A program made the position numbers and the translations under genes. From contig NC_092670.1 in the NCBI RefSeq assembly GCF_964355755.1, positions 36,506,388 to 36,570,387 of the forward strand: a stretch of DNA of 64,000 nt, written 5' to 3'. Below, piece by piece: positions 12,793 through 26,248 of the stretch. This DNA is from Antedon mediterranea (taxonomy: Eukaryota > Animalia > Echinodermata). Every line of letters begins with the position of its first letter. The first letter of the stretch is position 1. The notes below the pieces were generated by a model, which worked only from the letters and a program-made list of their open reading frames with translations, did no database searches and had not been told where the DNA came from.

Positions 12793-13075
12793 ATGAAAAA
12801 GCAAAATTTCAGGACGCTTTTTTTGATTATCGCTACGTTCATGTATTTACTATTTGGTGCCGCCGTCTTCGACGCTTTGGAAGCTAAGACCGAGGAAAAG
12901 AATAAAGACAGTTTGATTGCAAAGGAATCAGAAATTCAAGAAATATATAATATAAGTGATGAGCACATGAAGGAGTTGAATATGACAATCTTGCAGTTGA
13001 AGCCTCATAAGGCTGGAGTGCAATGGAAATTTGCTGGATCTTTTTATTTCTGTATGACAGTTATTACAACAATAG
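12793..13075 (+). CDS. KCNK9: TASK-type two-pore-domain K+ channel (KCNK3/9/15 family), coding exon 1
   Basis: [30 protein letters not shown]...YNIS...[26 protein letters not shown] aligns without gaps to TASK-1/TASK-3 N-termini ([41 protein letters not shown]). It ends ATA G|GTAAGT: 283 nt, phase-1 intron in the G95 codon. The symbol is nominal; this is likely a co-orthologue of KCNK3/9/15. Confidence 0.96.
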
Positions 13076-16049
13076 GTAAGTCACCATAAGACGGTCGAGT
13101 ATTGCATTGGATTTGGCACTTGATACTTGATCCAATAGGCTAATTAGTCCTACTGAAATAGCAACAATAGCGGATTTATTTTAGTTCTATTCAAACACAT
13201 AGACGTATATGGGCCTAGAATGCAACAGCTATTCCTCTACTACACTACATTAATGTATTATTTTAATATGAGACAATGTAGGCTATACGTTTAAATATGC
13301 ATATTAATAAATAATATCAAATTGGATCAGCCAATAGAATATCATAATTAATACAATGTCAACGACATTCTACCCGTACATTTTCTTAAACATACACTTT
13401 GACAGTTATCCATAATATTATAGTCATTTATTCACCACTACGTCGTAAAGACATAATAAATCAAATAGGTTTGTAATCATGGTCCAAAAGACGTATCCAT
13501 TAGCTGTGCTGGCTCATATAATAAGAACTTGATAAAGGGTGTGGGAGTGGGAAGGGGGGGGGGGAAGGGTGGGGTGCATAGTGATAGTTCAGACATCAGT
13601 ACTCCTTGAAAACTACTATAGGTTTTAAGGCGGACAATAATATCGTGGTGACATGTCTTAGGCCATTATTTTGTCCTTTTTATCACTTACTGATACTGTA
13701 GATGGTAGGCCTACAGTACAACCGAAATATGTATTGTACATTTAGTTTACTCACAGAAAGACCATAGTTCACTTAGGGTTCAGCATTATGTATTAGAAAT
13801 GTTAGACCCACGTACAATTATAATGTCACAGCGGCTAGCTTAATTATATGTGTATTACAGATTCTGTGTCTTATGCCTTGATACAGTAACTTTAATTAAA
13901 GTAGGTTATGCGAGAAATGCTCGAGGTATCTTAGTCATATTTGGAGACAAATTAACTAATTAGCTGCACTTATTATCTCGTTTTAGTGCCTTCTCAATTT
14001 CCGTGTGAACGTAAGCTAATAACCTGGATTAATACCATTCATATCATTACTTATTACCGTATTTGGACATTACATCAATATTACGATATTGTCGTAAATG
14101 GAGAACTGTTATTGAGACAAGAAACGCGTTTATCTCATGTTATTGAGCCAAAAAACGCGTTTATCTCATAAAATAGGAGGAGCAGTAGTGATATTTATTA
14201 TTGTAATATATTATGTTACTCAGTGTCTGAGTTAATATAATACAATATTTATACTACATTTAATAGGAGGTTTTTGAATTTGTATTGATATGCAATAAAA
14301 TAGTTGTAGGCCTATAAAATCACCCGATTCTCAGTGTATTCTCCTCAAAGACAATTTATCCAGTTTTCATATTATTTTAAGATATCTAAATTTTATTTTC
14401 CCATACTGCTTTGCAGGGTGAATATTATCTATGTGTAGCAGGCCTATAACAGAATTATACCGGGATGTGTATATATGTAAATTTATCAGTTTAAAGTATT
14501 CTTCGAAAGGCCATTTAAATACAAGTTTATTCTTCCCTGTATCATCTACTATGGAATCCTATGTTATAGTAAATTAATAAATATATAAAGCCAAAACATA
14601 TATAAAATAAATACAACAAATTCTCTCCTCTTTTACTCTATACCATTCTAATTGTTAAATGTTGTTTTTCTTGGAATGTTTTGTACCTTTTTGCTGTAGG
14701 TAATCCACTGTTGTTAAATTGAAAGGCAGAAACAATATACACGTAAATACATATTATTTAGTCTAGTATGATATATTGATATAGTACACGTTGTATTATA
14801 ATGTCGAGCGTCTCTTGGGATCCATTTTCCACGTTCTTCCACGACTCATCTATTTAATAACATTCACAATTTTCATTGATGTTTACAATTAATATTACGC
14901 TGCCAGTGACGGTAGATTGATATCTTCGAACAAGTAATTCACTCTTGGGTAGATAATACCATAGTTGCCATGGATTTACGCTCTAACCGTGTCCTGATAT
15001 AATTAAAATCGTCTACTAAAATTCGCTCATTTCGTAATACCGAATGGAGAATGCATTTAAACTGTAGTTTAACATATGATTGCCGACGACAGAACGTAAC
15101 CCATGAAATTATTATTAATCCGAGTGAATGAAAAATGTGTTTTTCGGAATAATTGTTATGGTAACATGGCAGTATGTAATTTTGATTATTTTTACATTAG
15201 TACTACAGTATTTTGAATTTTATATCATTGAATAGAGATATTGATAGCAGGGTTGTGGTGATGACTATTAATGAATTTAGTGGCTTAGTCTGATTTGATC
15301 AAAACAGAACAAATGTCGAACGTCCACTGAATATTGTGTAGTTTTTTTTTCAACTGTATACTTGAGACTCTTTAGGCCTACATTTTAATACTAGGCTACA
15401 TGATATTACAATGTACAATAACTAACATATGGTAAAATTAGAAATACAAATATTCAATATAATTAATATAGCAATATGATATTCCATTTTAATTATTATG
15501 TAAGACTGTTATTATTTAATAATATATAACAGATACTGTCACGTCATATGAATACATTGGCCAATGATATAGGTCTGAGATTGTACCGTATTAAAAACAG
15601 ATCCGCATTTTTAATAAGGCCAATATTTTATTCTGAACATCTGGAATATTTATTGTACGGTGGTATATTCTGCATATATTTGCATTAAATATTATTAATC
15701 TCATGAGTTTGACAATTATACATTGGTTTGCTGGTACTCTCATGGTTATTTATTATTTAAACTAGGCCTATACACTTGTTAATATTAAGCATGGGGATGC
15801 GTTTGTTTGGCCACGGTATTCTGAATGACTTGGCGTTCATTGTTAATGGCTTGTCGAAAACCACCAGGGAGAGGATATAATTGTTGCGAAGGTGAGAGTA
15901 TCATCGTGTTCCAGCTGTCGAGAGCGAGACAAACGTGCAATTTACAGCCACTGCTGTTGATGAACATGTATCGAAAATATCACAAAAACATGCAAATGTA
16001 GTGTATCTTGAAAGCTAGTACAGTAATAAGCGTTAAACATTCACAAACA

Positions 16050-16360
16050 AGGGCGTGTGGCACAGTGTGTTTGACGCTGGATTACCGATCGTGAGGAGGT
16101 CGTGGTTCGAATCCAACACTCGCCGCATTACTTGTATATATCCTTAGGCAAGGCACTTTACTTACATTTTCCTCTCCCCACCAAGGTGTATAACAGTAGA
16201 TCAAGACACAACTTAGCGCTGTTACTAGCTGCATTATGGGAGTATGTTTCCATACGTGTTTGATCCAAAAAATGACCGGGGTTATAATTCAATGTAAAGC
16301 GCCCTTGGGCATGATTACTCATGAAAAGGGCGCTATAAATGTGATATTATAATATTATAT
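16050..16360 (+). mobile_element. tRNA-derived SINE with L2-type tail
   Basis: gtggcacagtg (A-box), ggttcgaatcc (B-box), ccttaggcaaggcacttt core, and 3' stem-loop tgtaaagcgcccttg..aaaagggcgctataaat followed by a tattat tail. Confidence 0.8.
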
Positions 16361-16382
16361 CTATACGTTGCATAACGCGAAC

Positions 16383-16543
16383 GAGAACCCCTCTTTTGGG
16401 ACATGCCCCCTTATTAAAGGACACTCCCGAAAGTAAATGTTTACCAGCAGCAGTATGAACCCATCATCAGGGTAAACCGCTATCAAGAGAGACTCTATTA
16501 ATTTAGTCCCGAAGGTTCCCCCTTATAGGTCGGGTTTTACTGT
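16383..16543. mobile_element. Fragment of a Tc1/mariner-pogo-like MITE
   Basis: Repeated cccctt..ggac(a)c submotifs and right terminus gggttttactg; left terminus not clear. Confidence 0.4.
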
Positions 16544-18179
16544 GTATCACGCACATTATTTATGTATCGCGTTTTACGCGTTTCGACAAGCGTTAAACGA
16601 GTGTAAACATAACATGACGAAGATTCCAGTTTAAATCACCGACAAATACATACTATTAACAGCATATAGACGATTAAGTAAGGCTATTATATCCATGATG
16701 TATACACAACGGTGAGAGGCTGTGCTGTTGTTTTCTATGCTAAAACCTGCTTTTGTTTACTTTAGTCATGGTACAGGAGGATTGCGTTAACGACTTCTTT
16801 GTGTTTGATCATTATAGAGTAAAACGCTTTACGAGTTTGACTAATTTTGTTCGATGGATTCGCTTACCAACACATTAATAGCTGCTGCTATGTTGCAATA
16901 AGACATATTCGATGCAAATTAGTATTTTACACGAGCACTCAATATGAATTGTTTATTTTAATGTATATCGAGTCATATTGATAAATTGTGACAACGAAAT
17001 AATGTTGTAATATATTAAGAATTGAAATAAAGAATGAATACACGCTTCGATGAGTTTTGCTTAGTAAAAGTAGTAGGTACGTATTAATCCAGACTATTAC
17101 AAATGTGTAGAATCCTTCACACAGCTTCTGAAAACAATGTAAGCCGTTACATTTTGTAGTATAAAGCTTTACACAAAAGCGTAGGAGTGTCAATAATATG
17201 CTTTTCTGCGGGGCATCATTTTCAGTATCCATTCTGAGTACTGTTGAACATCCTATTACTATCCTAACACATGGTCTCTGGATGACCTTTGTCCCCTGCG
17301 GGGACGTCGGAGGTCAGCGTAATTGGTTGCTTAGCAGCCGAAACGACTGCTATCAAATATGTAAATGATGACGTAAGCAAATGATGACGATTTCGTCATA
17401 ATTTAAATGATATTGGTAAATGATTATCCTTATTGCCTATAGATCTGTAACTTATCAATATGAACTCTTAAGGTTGGTTTCCATGAGCATGGGATTGGTA
17501 AAATTAGTTTGTGTTGTTGTGCATGCGTATTGTATTCATTATAGTGGAAACCAAACGTTATACTCATTATCTCACGTAATGTAGAAAATGTTGAGTTTAT
17601 GCGACTTTAAAAGAATGCGTTGAAAGAGTGATGACGAAAGGTAATATGTTGACATGTTTCTAGAACCTTTAAAATAAATTTAAGTATGGGAACTTGGTTT
17701 TCCTAAGCGCCGATATATTTACCTCAAAGTCTTCAAAACTGTGCTCTTGCCTTCAAATTAATTGTATCTTTTTGTAGCGTCAATGACAAAATACCCATTA
17801 TTAAACAGTTCATCTATTATCAAAATTGAATAAACCTGATTAAACATACCGCGATGAAGTGTGTGAAAACGTATAGTACAATATATAGAAATAGGCCCAC
17901 AATTCGTTAGAAATCAATACTCTGTGATTAATTAGTGCTTAATGCTTGAGCGAACCATACCAGACAAACACGTTTAAGTTCACGAATAATAAATGGTTAA
18001 AAATAACCATAACATTATTATTAGACGCATATTTACACGGACACGAAACACTATCGCCAGCAACGTGCTTGCTCAACACGTTTATCTTTACGCATGTATA
18101 TGTGTACTTCTTATTCCCTAAAAGCGAGTACAAGCGAGAATTTCACGAAAACGTACGTATCAACGTAACGTAACGGTAA

Positions 18180-18295
18180 AGCTTGGTTCCCACTAGAACG
18201 CAACGCAAGGACGTAACGCAATGTCTGATTTGACCAATCACAAGCGATGGATTATTCGAACAGTGGCTTGTCATTGGTCAACTCGCTTGCGTATG
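18180..18295. mobile_element. Partial family A1 MITE
   Basis: taa-agcttggttcccactagaacgcaacgcaagg...ttgaccaatcacaagcgatgg; right end missing. Confidence 0.75.
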
Positions 18296-18639
18296 TAGCC
18301 AAAGTATCGTCTTTTTACATTTCCTTCTCGTATCAACCCAAAAGACCATGGAATATTATATATTATTATAATATCAATGTGTTCAATTTATACGAAGCTA
18401 ATCAGTTATAGTTCAAGGGAGGAGTGAAATTACACTTTTCACTCTTTCCATAGTGTAGGCCTAATATTTTTACACAAATAATTGAACAAAAAATCATGTG
18501 ATTCCCTAAAGCAAGTGACTAACATACTCCCATGACATGAGGTATACAAACGCATTGTAATATTATATACACATAGGCCAAAATGAGTTTATACAATTCA
18601 CATGTTTCAATGACATGGAGTACGGTACGTTAAATAAAT

Positions 18640-19345
18640 GCATTGTAGGCCTGCCTAATAATGCTACTAACTATTTTAAAAGTAAATTGTAATTTTTATA
18701 TACACAATGTGTTATATAATTTTTAATGTCAGCTGCCGAATTAATATTTTTCAAAAACATAATTGAGGCAATATTTTATGAATTGTAATTGAATCAAACT
18801 AAGAATGTGCTGGCCCTATTAGGCCTAATTCACGGCCATTCATGCTAAATATAACCGGCACGTCACCTCGAAACATGTCGTGCCTATAACAAGTTAACAG
18901 AGAGACCTTTTCGAACGCTATAGGCCTAAATGGGTTTGTTGTTACAATAATGTATATAATGTAATACTATTTTAAATGTAAATTGAAAGTTTCTTTATTT
19001 ATCAAAATGTGTTATATAATTTCAATATCCTAAATGGCTTGATGAATGAAAAAGCCCTAGTTTGACAAAAAATGTGTGATGCGCCCAAATATATGGTAGT
19101 GATATGACATCATCATGTCCACATGGGCACATCACATTTGTTTGCCACAAAGTTTGATAGTGTAGACAGTGCTTAATAGTCACCTGCCGAATTTATATTT
19201 TTCATAAACATAATTGAGACAATAGTTTATAAATTGTAATTAAATCAAACGACTGAAATTGTGCTAGGTCTATTGATTCACGGCCATTCATGCTAAATAT
19301 AACTGATGGTCATTCGGCACGTCACCTCGAAACATGTCGTACATA
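18640..19345. repeat. Local duplication (about 250 bp) with a family B MITE in the second copy only
   Basis: actattttaaa..tgtgttatataattt..gtca(g/c)ctgccgaatt..cggccattcatgctaaatataac..cacgtcacctcgaaacatgtcgt occurs twice. Confidence 0.8.
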
Positions 19346-20037
19346 AATAAAAGACCTATATGGAACTATAATTACTTTGGAATTGCCCCGTGCACGTGCC
19401 GTGTGTAGAGACGTCATCATAACCTGTTCGGCGTGTCAACTATCAAAAGTCTCGCGATGGTTTGTAACCCAACACGAAGTCTGATGGTTCTAAATAGGGC
19501 ATAACGCAAGAAATTCCAGTCTCTCCACGTGCCGTGTCATAATAATGGTCTGATTTTGTGCGTGCAAACGTGACGTAATTACGCGTTTCACATGGGTGGG
19601 TAGTCACGTTAAACATGAACTTTATGTACAAAATGCAAAATGGCTTGTACGCTGTGCTGCACATAAACGCATACACATTTCTAATCTTGAATTCATTCAT
19701 AAATGAATGTGTAACTAAGCATTGTCTTTATACTGTAAAACTTTATGTGACAAAAACATGTGACGTGTCCATATATTGACAAGATGATATCATATCACTA
19801 CCATATCTGGGTATATCACCACCGTATTTAGGCATATCGCCCTTTTTTGTCAAACTAGTTTGATAGTGTAGACAGAGCTTTTCGTTCAGAAAGTGCGACG
19901 GACACTTCAACATTCTAAACGCGTATACAACGTCGTATGGTACAGGAGGAAACATGTCAATCTTTCACGGTGTAGGCCCACAGTAGAGGAAATCTATATA
20001 ATCGCGTGTGCTCATGAACACGTCATCATAGCGTTTA

Positions 20038-20247
20038 AGCGTGGTTCCCACTTGCGACGCAACGTAACGCAACCTACGCAACGTAAACAAATGCCCTTCC
20101 AATAATGTTGTTTGCCCCCGCCTGCGTGAAATCAAACCTGCGATGTTTGCAGCACTGTTGCGTCGTCGGTTCTCACTTCTTGTGATAACGCAATACAGCC
20201 CTTTGCGTCAATACGTCGTTGCGTTGCGTTCTAGTGGGAACCACGCT
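20038..20247. mobile_element. MITE family A, subtype A2
   Basis: agcgtggttcccacttg...ctagtgggaaccacgct with matching TTA/TTA target duplication. Confidence 0.87.
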
Positions 20248-20594
20248 TTAGGCTACCCACCCGAAACGTCAATTTCGCTTGAAAGATTGTATTTCTCCCA
20301 TTATATTATGTGCTAATATAATTTCGCATTTTCATAATGCATCTGTTTCCATCTTCTAAGATGTCATAATAACTTTCTTCTTCAAGCTGTATGAGTCGTG
20401 AAGGTCATTGCAATTTTAATCATTTTTTCAGCGAGTGTATCGAGCTACTATTTATGTTCATGACACAGACGATTACAGTCGCTCAAGCTGATAATCTAGA
20501 CATGGTGATAATTAATATTGAACAGGATGATGGCCACGCAGTATTTATGTATGACGTGTACGTGTATTTTATTGCATAATACACGTATGCGCAT

Positions 20595-20962
20595 GGAACC
20601 AAATGTCTATATCTACGTGTTTGCGTCGGTTGCATTGCGTCGATAGAGGGAACCAAGCTTTACGATGCTAAACCGTATAACCAAATATTTTATTTGAAAA
20701 TCATCCATCAACTCTCAAGCTTGGTTCCCACTAGAATGTAACGCAAGGACGTAAACGCAACGCAAGTGAATTGACCAATCACAAGCGATGGCTTATTCGC
20801 TTGTGATTGCTAACTGTCTATAACTTCGCTTGTCATTGGTTAAAACGCTTGCGTTGCGTTTACGTCCTTGCGTTACGTTCAAGTGGGAACCAAGCATTAA
20901 GCTTGGTTCCCCCTAGAGACGCAAAACAAGGACGTAACGCAACGTAAGTGAGTTGACCAATG
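20595..20962. mobile_element. Cluster of family A MITEs (right-end fragment, full A1 copy at about 20718-20897, adjacent left-end fragment)
   Basis: gggaaccaagcttta at about 20650, agcttggttcccactag at 20718, and a junction gtgggaaccaagca-TTA-agcttggttccc at about 20898. Confidence 0.8.
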
Positions 20963-21435
20963 CCTCAGATTGTAAGTGTAATAACACGCGGATACTCGAG
21001 TGTATATTTCGAGTGAAATTCGAGGAATATTATTCTCAAGTAGGCTCTATAGAACAAACAAGTAATGTGAACTCTTATTGAAATGATACGCTTCATGACT
21101 TATTTCCTTTTACTATGGCACCAGTGTTCGTTACATTAGTTATTATAATAACTATATAGTGTTTGTGTTTCGCCTTGGGCAAAAGCAGCATTAGCAATAA
21201 TTGATTGGTATGGCATTCTAATTTCAATCGGAAATATATTTGCAATGACAATAGACAATGAATGGACATAGCAAAAGACCAACAGCATATAGCCGAGATA
21301 GTTGGATACGAACTTTGACATGTGTATAGTATGGAAAGCCAAACCCGTCAAAAAATACATAATACATACCGTCCACCAATAATTCATTCGTACAAAATTC
21401 AAACCATCCAATCTGATGAGTTTATTCATAAACAA

Positions 21436-21466
<31 letters not shown>

Positions 21467-22223
21467 AAATACAAACTCGTCACCACGAAATTATGTTTTG
21501 TAAACATTGTCTTTAATTTTAATTTATCAGTTGGCTTTCGATTTGCGATGACCCGAGACCATGGAGGTATGCCCGAGACCATGACGACATTGCCTTGCTA
21601 GGCCCTCGTGTTTATTATATCGGTGGGATCCGCATACTGAGTCGAGGATTCGGGTTGGAAAAGCACGCCGCCGGTTTCGATTGAATAAAATATATAAATT
21701 TGTAGTAACTATTTAATTGGAAGATATCTTGTCGGTGATGAAACAAGATAATGGCGCGCGTCGTGAAACACCACGTTTGAACAAACACGCTATGCTACAC
21801 CGATTAATATGCACTCCACATGCATAAAAATGTCAATAATGTTTCTTGCACTCACTTAAAAGTATAATTACACCGAAGCCAACACCAATAAGCGTTAATA
21901 GATAAATTAGTAATGCGATTAGATGTATGGCTTTATGGGAATTTGCATTCGTCATTACGTATACAAGGGGCTTCATGCTAATAAATGATGATGTAATCAT
22001 GAACGTTTGATTGATTGGTCAGTTTGATATTATGTTTAGACGAACTGTTACGCGCTGGTTTTGTGTTCTTGTCATAAGTGACGAATTAGCCTAGATAAGA
22101 CTAATAATGTCGTGGTATATTGTTCTCAATAAATTTATAAGCCTATTATAATCCTGATGAAAATAGTTATTGCATTTGATAGCCTGATCTCCTTTCCTTT
22201 CCCGCCCAGAACCAAGTCTGTAA

Positions 22224-22437
22224 AGACCAACTCAGACAGCGTCAGACGACAGGGCCCGACGTACGATCGAGTTGTCTCGTCGGGAGAAAATTAAACTTGT
22301 TTTTAAAAATGTTTAAAGTTCTCCCGACGACCGATTCTATCGCAAGACGACTCGTCTCGTTGGGATTTAACTCAGACAGCACCGACGAGTCAAGACGTTT
22401 CTTCGAGCCTCGTCGAACAATGCTGTCTCAGTTGCCT
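22224..22437. mobile_element. MITE family C (Harbinger-like termini)
   Basis: TAA-agaccaactcagacagc...gctgtctcagttgcct-TTA, with an internal hairpin tcgtcgggagaa..ttctcccgacga. Confidence 0.7.
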
Positions 22438-22826
22438 TTACCATGCAAGGCTAGTTAAACTTTGGTGAATTACCTAAACTTGCAACACAACTTTTTCGTC
22501 GAACGTCGACGCCCGACAGCGGTATGTTGAACAATTAATTATTTGTGAAACATAATCAATGGATTGAAACATCAATGACATAGAATAGTGATCGCTTAAT
22601 TCTGCTGATAGATGAGATAGCGTCAACATTAATGTTAACACATCTGCGCATGCTCTATGTTTACGTGGGTTTTACATTTATTTCGGGCGCCAGTGCCGAA
22701 TTAATTATTAAGTACAGTCTCTTGAATATGATTTCATTACAATATTAATATTGTATTCCTATTTATAAATATTCTGAGGACAAGGACAACTATGATGATG
22801 ACTGCATATATCTTTGTTTTAAGGTG

Positions 22827-22941
22827 CTGAATCACCATTATAATCATCATCATTATCATCATCATCATCATCGTTATCGTCGTGATAGTTGTAGTCATCA
22901 TCGTAATCATCATCACCATCATCGTCATCATCATCGTCGTC

Positions 22942-22973
<32 letters not shown>

Positions 22974-23190
22974 CATCATCATCGTCATCATCATCATTAT
23001 TATCATTATCATCATCATCATTATCATTATCATTATCATCATCATCATCATCATCATTATTATCATTATCATCATAATTATAATCATCATAATTATAATC
23101 ATCATAATCATTCTAATCATCATAATCATCATCATCATCATCATAATAATAATAATAATAATCATCATCATCATCATCATCATCATAATC

Positions 23191-23225
<35 letters not shown>

Positions 23226-23283
23226 CATCATCATCATCATCATAATCATCATCATCGTTATCATCATCGTCATTATCATCATT
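22827..23283. repeat. Compound (ATC)n/(ATT)n/(AAT)n microsatellite
   Basis: About 450 bp of in-register trinucleotide repeats. Confidence 0.97.
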
Positions 23284-23699
23284 TGATTCATATCAAACCC
23301 TACCTACACACCATACGGTAATAATGCCGCCCACTTTGGTCTGTTTCAAAACGCATTTCCCACACATTCCAAACCTGTCACCAGTTATTTAATAGGCCTA
23401 CAACATTATTTAATTTTCGTGATTATTTTTGACATTTTTCATAATTTATTTTAGAGGTTAATTGAATGTGCTTATAGAGGACTAAACACGAGGATAGTGC
23501 TAACATTTTAATGCATCGAATATTGCCATTTCGTTAATTCTTGGATTACTTCGTGAAATTATTGTGCTAATGTCAAATGTTTTCATTTAACGTGGGAGTA
23601 ATGGAGAAAAGAATGTGTTACCTTAATATATATTAGGACAGGCTATCGACGCCAAAATAATTAGTAAACAACTTTACACACTACTGTGTTTGTTAATAA

Positions 23700-24130
23700 A
23701 GCTTGGTTCCCACTAGCGACGCAATGTAACGCAATCTACGTAACGTAAGCAAATGCCCTTCTAATAATTGTGTTTTCCCCCGCCTGCGTGAAATCAAACC
23801 TGCGATGTTTGCAGCATTGTTGCGTCGTCGGTTTCCACTCGTGATTACGCAATACTGCACTTTGCGTGGATACGTCGCTGCGTTGCGTTCTAATGGGAAC
23901 CACGCTTTAGGTTCTACGCTGCATTTTGACTTCAGCTTGGTTCCCATTAGCGACGCAACGTAACGCAATCTATGCAACGTATGGAAATGCCCTTCTAATA
24001 ATTGTGTTTTTCCCCCTGCCTGCGTGAAATCAAACCTGCGATGTTTGCAGCATTGTTGCGTCGTCGGTTCCCACTTGTGATTACGCAATTTAATACAGCA
24101 ATTTGCGTCAATACGTCGTAGCGTTGCGTT
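23700..24130. mobile_element. Two tandem family A2 MITEs (23700-23906 complete; about 23934-24130 lacking the right terminus)
   Basis: TIR agcttggttccca at 23700 and about 23935; both share the A2 interior. Confidence 0.85.
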
Positions 24131-24139
24131 ATGTTGCGT

Positions 24140-24500
24140 CGGTATACTACTTGCTTAACACCGTTCCGCCGACTCTTCCACCTCAGCCGCTCTGTCTATT
24201 TGTACTGTGAAGTTTCTCCAAAGTATTGTCAGCGGCTATGTTCCTTTTTGTCTGAAGGTCCGTTGCAGTTTGGAATGTTGTTGGTAAAGTGTGGTAGTTG
24301 GTTTCCCTCTGATTTTAATCTTAGTTACTGAAGTATAAGTCGACTGCTATATTTAGGTGTTTGTTTATTTTTTCCAGGGAAGACTGATTTTTCTTTAATA
24401 TGTCCAAATAATACTCATCTAGCTTGTAACACATCTAATGATATCGGTTTTGCGTTGCATCTTTTGTCAAGGTTTTGGTTTGAGATTGGGGGTAATATTG
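24140..24500 (-). mobile_element. 3' fragment of an RTE-clade LINE
   Basis: Minus strand translates as ILPPISNQNLDKRCNAKPISLDVLQAR*VLFGHI...KIRGKPTTTL, matching the ISN..LY....P.S.....RW..FGH.LR and RGRP.TT motifs after RTE reverse transcriptases; caagtagta tail. Confidence 0.65.
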
Positions 24501-25074
24501 GTAAAAGATAAATACTTTGGCACACATGGCGTTTCATACTTATAACAAAACGTAGGCCTACTTATTATTAATAATATACATTAGTATATAATAACTACAA
24601 ACTTGGGGCAAGTCAGGAGAAAAAAAACCTAGGCCCCTACTGTTTCGCTGACCTCCTTCCATAATAATACCCAATCCAAAGCATAACGTAACACCCTCAT
24701 ATGCCATAAAATATGCTGCAACTCAACAGCATCGTACATTATGATCAGTTTGTGATTAAATTAAACGGAAGACGATTTGTCTTTCTGTTAGTAAGTTGAG
24801 ATATTGTGTTGTGTATCATTGTATTTATATGTTATGCACGCAGTCCGACAGAAGAAACGTTATCAATTAACAAAATTGCTTCTGACTTAAACATGCTTTT
24901 GCATTTTTTTTGGCAATTTTTTTAGACGACAGGTCGATATCAACTGTCCTCAATTATGCAGGGTAATGATGCTTATTGATGGATTCTTATTACAAAACCT
25001 TACTGGAATATTATTTAACGCGTACATAAGAAAAATAGAATATGTTGGAATAATTAGTGGCACATAAAGGTGCT

Positions 25075-25505
25075 TTCACTCTCGTATAATTTAATTTTAA
25101 CCAAAACTGTAATACTATTTGTCCGCGTTTGCGTGTCATATGTATTATGAACAGATAGATAAAGATGCATTCAGTCTCGTATAATGTAACAAAACTCCTG
25201 TAATACTATTTGTCCGCGTTTGCGTGTCATATTTATTATAAATAATGTATTCTCAGTACTGTAAATACTTAAATGGAGGTGAAGAGTGGATGTGCTGGTG
25301 GGGGGGGGGGGATTTGATCCATTAAGTTTAAACTCAATAATTCACCTAAATATATGCATTCAGTCTCGAATCATTTACTTTAATCAAAACTGTAATGTTA
25401 TTTGTCCGCGTTTGCGTGTCATATTTATTATAAATAATGTAGTAGTAATGTATAGTGTAATTACTTGAATGGGGGTGGAGAGGGGGACCCATTAAGTATA
25501 AACTA
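25075..25505. repeat. Irregular triplication
   Basis: ctgtaat..tatttgtccgcgtttgcgtgtcatat at about 25107, 25198 and 25390. Confidence 0.75.
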
Positions 25506-25989
25506 CATAATTCATTGAATCATGCTTTACGCAAACTCACAATGACGACGAAGAGATTCCAAAATACATGCTATAGCATAATAAATTTTGCAATAAGCCA
25601 CTCCCTGTTTGTTATGTCACTCTTCGCATAGACTTCAATTATTTGAACGACGTTATTTATGGGGGTTATAGCTTGACAGTTCTTAAATATTTAAAGAAAT
25701 TTACAATCTTGTAATATGCCATTGTAATTTAAAACGGCGAGTATAAATTCCGGGTGAACTTCATTCAAGAAAATATATACCATGAAATCGTAAATCTACT
25801 TTAAATGTATTAAATTGACGTAAAATGTGATAGTGTTATGTTTTGGTTATTCTACAGAATTATCACGAACTCAGTTTACTTGTTAATGGAATGAAAGATG
25901 ATAGCATTTTTCCGCATTTAAGATACAGAAATGTTAACAACAAATTATTATTATTTTGAACATTTAATTATGCAGGTATATGACACGAA

Positions 25990-26248
25990 GAAACGCGCGC
26001 GTAGGCCTACATTCTCGTAAGCATGTGAACGGTCGCCTGATCATCAATACATAAATGCGCGCGTACGTTTTTATCATCCTTTGAACGCGCGCATACGTTT
26101 TTATCATTCTTTGGACGCACGCGTACGTTTTCATCATCCTTTGAACGCGCGCATGCGTTTTCATCATCCTTTGAAAGCAAGCGTACCTATTCATCAGCCT
26201 TTAAACGCGCGCGTATATTTTCATAAACATTCAAACGGTCGCGTATAA
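25990..26248. repeat. 30-bp minisatellite, about 8 degenerate copies
   Basis: aacgcgcgcgtacgtttttatcatcctttg repeated. Confidence 0.85.

Noticed and set aside
13076-13089. GKSP-stop ending of the 98-aa ORF
   Set aside because: Read-through into the intron past the GTAAGT donor.
21413-21440. CTGATGA followed by a hairpin as a second hammerhead
   Set aside because: No GAAA after the stem and no stem I/III pairing.
21136-21582. 148-aa hydrophobic ORF resembling a membrane protein
   Set aside because: Spans a (TTA)n microsatellite, has no recognisable motif or splice structure; hydrophobicity is expected in AT-rich DNA.
22737-23321. Poly-His, poly-Ile and poly-Met ORFs
   Set aside because: Translations of a trinucleotide microsatellite inside the intron; no splice or codon evidence.
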